From Gammaproteobacteria bacterium (GTDB lineage Bacteria; Pseudomonadota; Gammaproteobacteria; JBIOEC01): 32,000 bases of DNA. Made by a program: the position numbers and the translations under genes. The stretch covers positions 570,001-602,000 of the forward strand of contig OZ257143.1 of NCBI GenBank assembly GCA_965279305.1, given 5' to 3'. The notes beneath the pieces were generated by a model, which searched no databases, was not told the DNA's origin, and worked only from the letters and a program-made list of their open reading frames with translations. Numbering within the stretch: position 1 is the stretch's first letter; each line of letters begins with the position of its first letter. Shown here in pieces: positions 15,846 through 21,948 of the stretch.

Positions 15846-18554
15846 TTACACCACTAGAACAGTTGCCGTTATTCTAGGACGCGGCGGCACATGCGGACGC
15901 GGAGCATAAGGCTTTAATACATCCGGTACTGTTTCCACAACAGGGAAAGAAATGGTTCTTACTTTTACCGCAGGCTGATCTAAAATGTCTTGTAGTTCTT
16001 GAAGTAGTTGATTAGTTCCTTTATTTACTCTGGTTCTAATTTTATTAGGATTTTTATTAAGTTCTGTTTCAAATCGTTTTATGCTTTTTCTTATTCCTGT
16101 TATTTTTCCTACACTATTGTCGTTAGAGATAAACAAATCCAATACAATTTCTTTTAAAAATTTATTATAATAAGGCGCTTCAACCCCTGGAATTTTATTA
16201 AGCGCTTTAACAAATTTAGTGATCATTTCTTTAATAAAAACCAATTGATATTGAGCTAAACGTTCTTCATAAAATTTTGTACCAACATTGGTTAAAATAC
16301 TCAATGAATATTTAACACTATCATTGGGAGGTAATATTTTTTGATATAAATCGATAAGCTCATACACTTGTCGCTTTTTATTCGCTAAATCTAGCGCAAT
16401 CCCTAATGCCGTTGCGGCGTACGCAAGAGGAGCGCTTTCTTCATCTTCCACCATTTCATAGAAAATAACGCCTATATCTGACAAATCGTTAAATAAAGGA
16501 GGCAAGCAAATAGTTTTTGTTATTTCATTTCTAAATATACCTACAAACGTTTCTGTTGCATCATCTGCTGAATCCAGCTCTAATTCGGCAATCTTATCTG
16601 ATCTTAATATTTCAGAGAATCTAGCTTTCAACGTTTTTCCAATAGCTTCTCTTTCTTTTTTATTATTAAGATATTTAATAGCTAACTCTATTGTCGTTTC
16701 CTCTGTTTTTGCAGGAGGAGAGTCTGGCGTGCTCACGTGCTCTTGATTTTCATCTCTATGCACTTTTGCACAATAATCAGGAATATCATTTAAACAGTGA
16801 TTAATTTCCGCTATAAATTCACCCCCCTCATTGCTTAATGAACGAGATGAGCGGCCAGAACTAAGAGATGCTATATCTACCGAATGTGAAGAACCATAAG
16901 CTTCCGCAAAAACCATCAGTCTTTGTTCGAAAACAGAAAGTCTATCCACCACGGGAATATCTCTATCGAAAAGAACGGTATACCAAGGCATTTCTTTTGG
17001 ATAGCCTAAAACATCCGAGAAATCATTAGCATCTAAAAATGCGCGATACTTTGCGCAAATTCGCTTTAAAAATAGAATAGTATGTTCAGCTGCAGCATCA
17101 GCACTGTTTTCATTTTTTGTAAGATTTTCTAGAAAATGTGCTGAGGCAGCAAGATTATTTGAGGATTTATAATAGGCCTCTAATCGTTTAAAATCATGCT
17201 CTCGTTTAATTTCGGAAATAACATCTACCAATGCTTGTTGTAGCACCTGCATCACTTCATCATCTTGTAATAAATATACAGTAGAAAACGATTCAAACGC
17301 TTTTGACATTTGATTCACATTTTTAATAGATAATAGCTCAACGCGATTTGTATTCTTATGAGCATATTGATCTTTTATATTTTTTTTAAGATAATCAGAA
17401 AGTGGCACAGCAAATTCTGTGGCATATATCTCTTCTTCTGGATCAGCTGATGCATATTCATTGTATATGCTATAAGTTTCATATTTATCCTGATAATCCT
17501 TAGTGGTTACATGCCAGGCCATTAAATTTTCAAAAAACACATTTGCGACGGGTTCAGAAGTAGGGTTAAACAAATGAGCCAAACCAGATTCAACCAAACT
17601 GCTATTCGAATTTACTAAGGCTTCTTTGCAATGAAGGGTAGGACAATCGATAATCAAAGCAATCGCATTTTCAAACTCAAAAAACGATCTTTCTCTATTT
17701 TGCGGATTTTCCTCCCCAAAACATTCTCTAATATTATTTTTTATTTTATTTCCCAACTCATGCAATGCGTTTTTAAAACGATATAATCTGACAACAGCGG
17801 ATGATGTGGTTTCAGTCAATAAAATATCTTTTAGCTTTGCAATATGCGTCGCAAGCGCGGGGCTGCTTGAAAGTTCTCTTTGATAAAGACGAAAACGAAT
17901 TTGTATAAAGTGAATAATATATTCCGCATAACGTTCACTATAAGAATTATCCTCTTGTTCCAAAATAGAAGACGCCTGATAAGCCGAGCTACGTACCACA
18001 GGCATATTTTCATATTTTCTTGCTAGCTCTTCTACTTCCGCTTTAAAATAATTTAACTTCACCAGCACTACCGCTAAAGCTGCATAGGCTAACCGTTCAA
18101 GAGGAGCGGAAGAACTTGAAACTAAAGAGCTTAATTTTTCGCAAATATCAGTAACACTTCCCTGAATACCAAGATCTTCAATTTTATATTCAGCGTGTTC
18201 AGCCATCATATAAGAAACAAAATAATCGATAACCCATAATTCCTGGTCACTATCGCTTATGTTTTTATCTTTAATCCACTGAGGAGCTGCTTTAACTACA
18301 GATTGCATGGCAGCCGATAGCTTGGATTGGTTCAAAGGAGAGTTTTCTACCTTTAAAAAGTACTTGGCTAATTGCGTAATACTAGGGGTAACGCTATCAG
18401 GAGAAGGGGGCTTTTTAAGTGAACGTGAAGCATCAAAGACTATCCCGCGAAAGGTTGAACTCAATATATCAGGAACGTCAAAAAGAGCGGCCGATTTGCC
18501 AGGCAAACGCATCGCTTTTGAAGCCTCAGCTACTAATACTCTGGTATTTAACAT
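15846..18554 (-). CDS. Large hypothetical protein (902 aa) with an internal module duplication and a Pro-rich C-terminus
   Basis: Uninterrupted 2.7-kb ORF starting at ATG with an AGGA-type RBS. No motif I can assign. Two ~180-aa segments look homologous (SSAPLERLAYAALAVVL...YSERYAEYIIHFI vs ESAPLAYAATALGIAL...FYEERLAQYQLVFI). Confidence 0.6.
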   Translation of the reverse strand: MLNTRVLVAEASKAMRLPGKSAALFDVPDILSSTFRGIVFDASRSLKKPPSPDSVTPSITQLAKYFLKVENSPLNQSKLSAAMQSVVKAAPQWIKDKNISDSDQELWVIDYFVSYMMAEHAEYKIEDLGIQGSVTDICEKLSSLVSSSSAPLERLAYAALAVVLVKLNYFKAEVEELARKYENMPVVRSSAYQASSILEQEDNSYSERYAEYIIHFIQIRFRLYQRELSSSPALATHIAKLKDILLTETTSSAVVRLYRFKNALHELGNKIKNNIRECFGEENPQNRERSFFEFENAIALIIDCPTLHCKEALVNSNSSLVESGLAHLFNPTSEPVANVFFENLMAWHVTTKDYQDKYETYSIYNEYASADPEEEIYATEFAVPLSDYLKKNIKDQYAHKNTNRVELLSIKNVNQMSKAFESFSTVYLLQDDEVMQVLQQALVDVISEIKREHDFKRLEAYYKSSNNLAASAHFLENLTKNENSADAAAEHTILFLKRICAKYRAFLDANDFSDVLGYPKEMPWYTVLFDRDIPVVDRLSVFEQRLMVFAEAYGSSHSVDIASLSSGRSSRSLSNEGGEFIAEINHCLNDIPDYCAKVHRDENQEHVSTPDSPPAKTEETTIELAIKYLNNKKEREAIGKTLKARFSEILRSDKIAELELDSADDATETFVGIFRNEITKTICLPPLFNDLSDIGVIFYEMVEDEESAPLAYAATALGIALDLANKKRQVYELIDLYQKILPPNDSVKYSLSILTNVGTKFYEERLAQYQLVFIKEMITKFVKALNKIPGVEAPYYNKFLKEIVLDLFISNDNSVGKITGIRKSIKRFETELNKNPNKIRTRVNKGTNQLLQELQDILDQPAVKVRTISFPVVETVPDVLKPYAPRPHVPPRPRITATVLVV

Positions 18555-18587
18555 AAATCCTGTCCTGCGGTAGGTGCAAAAGATTAA

Positions 18588-18616
18588 ATTCTACCCCAAA
18601 CCGTTCTAATTTGCAA
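18588..18616 (-). promoter_or_regulatory. Candidate sigma70 promoter of the 902-aa gene / effector-like block
   Basis: On the minus strand: TTGCAA (18616-18611), 17-nt spacer, TAGAAT (18593-18588). It lies ~34 nt upstream of the ATG at 18554. Confidence 0.5.
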
Positions 18617-18747
18617 GACAACTTACTTCTAGCCTCTAGGTAGGAACCCCTAAGGCACCTCCCTTCGCCATCCTCCCAAAAGTTGATCTAGGTGTATAAA
18701 AAACATACAATGCCATCTCTGTTTTTTTAAAGTAGTAAGAGGTTTAT

Positions 18748-19140
18748 ATGAGATTTTATGCAGTTATCTTGGTTTTAGCGTCATTCTTAACATCCGGCTG
18801 CTCTGTATATATGGCCGCCAAAGGAAACAACGGTACAGACTTAGATGAAATTACAGAGTGCAAAACCAGAGGCTGTTTAATAGCAGCTGGCGCCCAACCC
18901 ATAGGAGCCCAAAAAGACAAAAATGGCGACTACACCTCTGAAACCTTTAGAATCATCAAACCCACCGGATCGGCTGCAAGAGCAGCCATGCATGGCGTAC
19001 TTGATCTCGCCACCTTTGGGATTTGGGAAGTTGCCGGAACACCGATAGAAGGCTATCTAGGAAAAGAAGAATCCATCGCCATCAAAGTAAATTACGAACA
19101 CGATGGCAACACCATTGATTCAATGTCCATCGAACAATAA
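18748..19140 (+). CDS. Lipoprotein of unknown function
   Basis: Signal peptide plus lipobox (MRFYAVILVLASFLTSGC). 130 aa. An 88-bp internal segment is duplicated at 20897-20984. Confidence 0.7.
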   Translation: MRFYAVILVLASFLTSGCSVYMAAKGNNGTDLDEITECKTRGCLIAAGAQPIGAQKDKNGDYTSETFRIIKPTGSAARAAMHGVLDLATFGIWEVAGTPIEGYLGKEESIAIKVNYEHDGNTIDSMSIEQ

Positions 19141-19161
19141 TTGCTAAATTAAAACCTATCG

Positions 19162-19196
19162 ATGTAATTGCGCCACAAGCGGTGTCGCAATTACAT
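19162..19196 (+). other. Long hairpin downstream of the lipoprotein gene
   Basis: 11-bp perfect stem ATGTAATTGCG / CGCAATTACAT enclosing CCACAAGCGGTG. That core is related to the CCACAARCTGTGG hairpins at 20374 and 20838. No T-run follows. The 3' foot coincides with the right end of the segment missing from the duplicate copy. Confidence 0.55.
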
Positions 19197-19270
19197 TAGC
19201 ATTGGCCAAATCGTAATCCATCTCTCACCCCAAAATCATCCAAATGGAACTAGTATTTTATTTCTATTTT
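19197..19270 (+). repeat. Leader repeat copy A (upstream of PanA copy 2)
   Basis: TAGCATTGGCCAAATCGTAATCCATCTCTCACCCCAAAATCATCCAAATGGAACTA... It recurs at 20985-21060 with roughly 85% identity by eye. Confidence 0.8.
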
Positions 19271-19336
19271 ATATTTTTCCCGATAGAATTATTTTAAATT
19301 GATTCCTGTACGAAATAATTTAAAAACGAGATATTT

Positions 19337-19795
19337 ATGGCTACGTGTTTTGATGCTGCAAAATATATTCTTGAAGTAAAAAATGAACTGCCTGTCGTTA
19401 AATTGCAAAAATTACTTTATTACGCACAAGCATGGTCTTTAGTTTGGGATGAAGCACCCTTATTTAAAGAAAATATAGAAGCATGGATCAATGGCCCTGT
19501 GATCCCCGTATTGTATGAATTTCACAAAGGTAAATACTCTATACAATCAGCTGATTTACCCGATGCATCTTCAGATAATTTAACAAGCAACCAAAAAGAT
19601 ACGATTAATCAGGTATTAAATTACTACGGAAATAAATCACCACAATGGTTGAGTGATTTAACCCATCTCGAAGATCCCTGGAAAAATGCACGCAAAGGAA
19701 TTCCACCAAACGAAAGAGGTAATAGCTTAATTAGTTTGGCAGATATGAGCGAATACTACTCTTCGCTCCCTCCAGAGGACAATGTAGATGTCTAA
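19337..19795 (+). CDS. Panacea-domain (DUF4065, SocA-like) putative antitoxin, PanA copy 2
   Basis: 152 aa. VKLQKLLYYAQAWSLVWDEAPLFKENIEAWINGPVIPVLYEF and LTHLEDPWKNARKG fit the DUF4065 pattern very well. Confidence 0.82.
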   Translation: MATCFDAAKYILEVKNELPVVKLQKLLYYAQAWSLVWDEAPLFKENIEAWINGPVIPVLYEFHKGKYSIQSADLPDASSDNLTSNQKDTINQVLNYYGNKSPQWLSDLTHLEDPWKNARKGIPPNERGNSLISLADMSEYYSSLPPEDNVDV

Positions 19796-20243
19796 AAATA
19801 AACAAGCAAAAATTTATCGTAAACCATCTATTGAAAACCAAATCAGAACAGCTGGTACAAATCAACATCGCATTACTAACACACTTGATCATCATCCTGT
19901 TTGGCAATTAAAAATTATCGATATGGAACATAAAAACTGGGGATGGAAAAACATACAAGGACAACTTCAAGAAGTTCTCTCAAAACTAAAAGATTATGAA
20001 ACCATGCAATGGAAAGAAATTAAAAGTAACAACGCTCGGGATCACGCAGTAGAAACGGATAAGCTAAACACCGAAGCAAAAAAACGTCTTCAAGAATTAA
20101 AACTTGATGACGTAGGACAGCTATATAGACTTAGACTAAGCGGTACCCAAAGAGTATGGGGTATTTTAGACGGATACATCTTTAAAATTTTATGGTGGGA
20201 TCCTAATCACACCGTATGCCCCTCTGCCAAACGAAACACCTAA
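19788..20243 (+). CDS. Hypothetical 151-aa protein, candidate PanA-neutralised toxin (possible RelE/ParE-like C-terminal sheet)
   Basis: The ATG overlaps the PanA stop by 8 nt (GTAGATGTCTAA). I recognise no family. The C-terminal LYRLRLSGTQRVWGILDGYIFKILWWDPNHTVCP has a strand-turn-strand pattern resembling the last three strands of RelE/ParE-fold toxins (inference). Confidence 0.55.
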   Translation: MSKNKQAKIYRKPSIENQIRTAGTNQHRITNTLDHHPVWQLKIIDMEHKNWGWKNIQGQLQEVLSKLKDYETMQWKEIKSNNARDHAVETDKLNTEAKKRLQELKLDDVGQLYRLRLSGTQRVWGILDGYIFKILWWDPNHTVCPSAKRNT

Positions 20244-20274
20244 TAACTTCATTAATAAACATACGATCAATATT

Positions 20275-20345
20275 TTACGAAACAACCTGTTTCGTAAATA
20301 TCCTATAAATTCCAAAACCAATTTTCGGAACAGGCTGTTCCGAAA
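20275..20345 (+). repeat. Pair of related perfect hairpins (10-bp stem, 3-nt loop)
   Basis: TTACGAAACA-ACC-TGTTTCGTAA (20275-20297) and TTTCGGAACA-GGC-TGTTCCGAAA (20323-20345). The two stem differences are both compensated on the opposite arm. Confidence 0.6.
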
Positions 20346-20373
20346 TTACCCTAAGCAAGTGAATATCCAATTG

Positions 20374-20396
20374 GTCCACAAGCTGTGGACTTTTTT
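20374..20396 (+). terminator. Hairpin + T6 (terminator-like boundary element X)
   Basis: GTCCACA-AGC-TGTGGAC followed by TTTTTT and then CAATGTCA. Confidence 0.55.
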
Positions 20397-20531
20397 CAAT
20401 GTCATATTTCCATCTCCAATAACAACCTCTAAATATCTCTTATCCTCTCTTACATCTATTAAATTGCTTTAATCAAAACCTAGTCTACACTCCAAACACA
20501 GACAATATCGCACAAAAAGGAACTTTGAAAT

Positions 20532-20804
20532 ATGAGATTTATTCTTATACTGCTTCTATCAATATTTACTACAGGAATCGTAACTGCAAATGATATTCAA
20601 AATAACGAATTAAAATCCAGCATAGTTTGCCCAGAAGTTTCAGCTAATGAATCGCAAATAGAAGGTGATAATACAGAACTAGCAAAAAGCGGTTGCTGCT
20701 CTTGGCATGATGGAGTCTGCGGATGTTCTGGCGGAAGAACACAATGCTGTGATGGCACAACAAGCCCTTCCTGTACCTGTTACGGCAATATGCCTGTGGG
20801 ATAA
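20532..20804 (+). CDS. Small secreted cysteine-rich protein
   Basis: Signal peptide MRFILILLLSIFTTGIVTA. The mature C-terminal 35 aa hold 9 Cys (GCCSWHDGVCGCSGGRTQCCDGTTSPSCTC). AAGGA RBS. Followed by a hairpin + T6 terminator. Confidence 0.6.
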   Translation: MRFILILLLSIFTTGIVTANDIQNNELKSSIVCPEVSANESQIEGDNTELAKSGCCSWHDGVCGCSGGRTQCCDGTTSPSCTCYGNMPVG

Positions 20805-20837
20805 CCCTAATTTGTGCTCGCTTCCAAAATATAAAAA

Positions 20838-20860
20838 GCCCACAAACTGTGGGCTTTTTT
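20838..20860 (+). terminator. Rho-independent terminator (boundary element Y hairpin)
   Basis: GCCCACA-AAC-TGTGGGC followed by TTTTTT. Same architecture and flank (TTTTTTCAATGTCA) as 20374-20404. Confidence 0.65.
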
Positions 20861-20888
20861 CAATGTCAAACGTCAAAATTTGACCCCA
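20860..20888 (+). repeat. GTCAA-triplet motif, copy 1
   Basis: TCAATGTCAAACGTCAAAATTTGACCCCAT contains two direct GTCAAA units plus one inverted unit, forming the palindrome GTCAAA-A-TTTGAC (20872-20884). It matches 21949-21977 at 27/30. Confidence 0.7.
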
Positions 20889-20896
20889 TATCATTT

Positions 20897-20984
20897 TCAA
20901 ACCCACCGGATCAGCGGCACGAGCAGCTATGCATGGCGTACTCGATCTCGCCACCTTAGGAATTTGGGAAGTAGCCGGAACACC
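20897..20984 (+). pseudogene. Fragment of a lipoprotein gene paralogous to 18748-19140
   Basis: 88 bp align without gaps to 18956-19043 with 8 mismatches. It encodes ...MHGVLDLATLGIWEVAGTP versus MHGVLDLATFGIWEVAGTP. There is no start or signal peptide. The 3' part is replaced by the leader repeat. Confidence 0.8.
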
Positions 20985-21060
20985 TAGCAATGGCCAAATC
21001 GTAATCCATCTCTCACCCAAAAATCATCCAAACAGAACTACAAATTCCATTCTATTTCTT
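20985..21060 (+). repeat. Leader repeat copy B (upstream of the DUF3800 gene)
   Basis: TAGCAATGGCCAAATCGTAATCCATCTCTCACCCAAAAATCATCCAAACAGAACTA..., homologous to 19197-19270. Confidence 0.8.
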
Positions 21061-21087
21061 GCTCTAATAAACAAGTACTTATATAAT
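21059..21087 (+). promoter_or_regulatory. Candidate sigma70 promoter
   Basis: TTGCTC (21059-21064), 17-nt spacer, TATAAT (21082-21087). Confidence 0.4.
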
Positions 21088-21093
21088 ATTATT

Positions 21094-21180
21094 AGGTGGG
21101 TAAAGCCTGAGTAAACCGCGAAGCTGAAAAGTATCGTAAGCGTTCTTTTAAGAACGTCGGTCTCAGGGTCCACCTTTTTT
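21094..21180 (+). ncRNA. Candidate structured RNA (leader/attenuator of the DUF3800 gene, or a small RNA)
   Basis: Begins where the candidate promoter would initiate. Outer helix AGGTGG (21094-99) / CCACCT (21170-75). Second helix CCTGAG (21106-11) / CTCAGG (21162-67). ACCG/CGGT (21115-18 / 21158-61). Apical hairpin CGTTCT-TTTA-AGAACG (21141-56). Followed immediately by a T-run ending at 21180. Confidence 0.3.
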
Positions 21181-21216
21181 ATTGTCCAAAATTGACTTGC
21201 AACGAAGTTAATAAAA

Positions 21217-21924
21217 ATGAACTCTAAAGTCATTTTTTTGGATGAAAGCGGTGATCTAGGATGGAAATTCGATTCTCCTTACCGGCACGGAGGCTCAAGT
21301 CGTCACCTCACTATTTCTGCTGTTATTCTTCCAGAAAGTAAAAAACACCTGCCAGCACGACTGATAAAAGATTTATATATAAAATCTAAATGGCCAACAA
21401 AGCAGGAAAAGAAATGGGCAAAAATGAGTGCAAAAGAGCGCTATGATTTTGCTTGTTCAGCGAAAAACTTAATAGATTTAAATTTTGATATTGAATACCT
21501 TTCAATTACTGTTTACAAACCTAATGTGCATGATCATATCAAGAAAGATGCTAATAAACTCTATAATTATATGATAGGGTTACTATTACTAGATAAAATG
21601 CAGATTTGTGACGAAGTATTATTTGTGCCAGATAGCAGAGAGCTTAAAGTGGCAGGAGGAAAAAGTTTGCATGATTATTTATTAACCCAGCTTTGGTTTG
21701 ATAGACATACCAAAACTCAAGTAATAAACCAGCCTAGAGATAGCGCTTCAGACAAAGGAGTCCAATTTGCAGATATGCTTTCCGGATTAATTCAACACTA
21801 TTTTGAAGATAAAAAAACAAACTTATTTTCCATGTTGAAAAATCAAATTAGTTTCAAAAAACTATATTTTCCTCAAAAGACTTCCGCTCGCACTATTAGA
21901 AGTGAAAAAGTGATTATTTTATAA
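21217..21924 (+). CDS. DUF3800-family protein
   Basis: 235 aa. The N-terminal VIFLDESGDLG and C-terminal VQFADMLSGLI correspond to the DES and QxxD motifs I remember for DUF3800. No SD is visible upstream of the ATG. Confidence 0.72.
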   Translation: MNSKVIFLDESGDLGWKFDSPYRHGGSSRHLTISAVILPESKKHLPARLIKDLYIKSKWPTKQEKKWAKMSAKERYDFACSAKNLIDLNFDIEYLSITVYKPNVHDHIKKDANKLYNYMIGLLLLDKMQICDEVLFVPDSRELKVAGGKSLHDYLLTQLWFDRHTKTQVINQPRDSASDKGVQFADMLSGLIQHYFEDKKTNLFSMLKNQISFKKLYFPQKTSARTIRSEKVIIL

Positions 21925-21948
21925 TTATCTTTTCAAGATGACATATCG

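Noticed and set aside
17831-18573. ORFs 17831-18013 (-) and 18307-18573 (+), overlapping the 902-aa gene.
   Set aside because: One is an alternative-frame ORF and the other an antisense ORF within a long uninterrupted gene. Neither has supporting signals.
18631-18659. AGCCTCTAGGTAGGAACCCCTAAGGCACC loosely resembles the T-arm/3' part of the tRNA at 23065-23141 (GCCCACTAGGACTCGAACCTAGGACC). It was considered as a relic att repeat that would delimit an 18.6-23.1 kb island.
   Set aside because: Only ~17 of ~29 positions match, and gaps are needed. That is too degenerate to separate from chance without a statistical alignment or comparative data.
19788-19880. R-x6-H spacing (RTAGTNQH) in the N-terminus of the PanA2 partner, considered as a HEPN RNase motif.
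   Set aside because: The spacing is at the edge of the Rx4-6H definition, and the motif sits in a probably disordered basic N-terminus with no surrounding helical context.
19162-20860. Integron attC interpretation of the recurring hairpins between cassettes.
   Set aside because: No RYYYAAC / GTTRRRY core sites, the hairpins are far shorter and more perfect than attC sites, and no intI gene or attI is visible.
20679-21233. ORFs 20679-21020 (-), 20929-21114 (+) and 21024-21233 (-).
   Set aside because: 20929-21114 is read-through of the lipoprotein pseudogene fragment into the leader repeat. The two minus-strand ORFs overlap the Cys-rich gene, repeats and the structured segment, and they lack RBSs.
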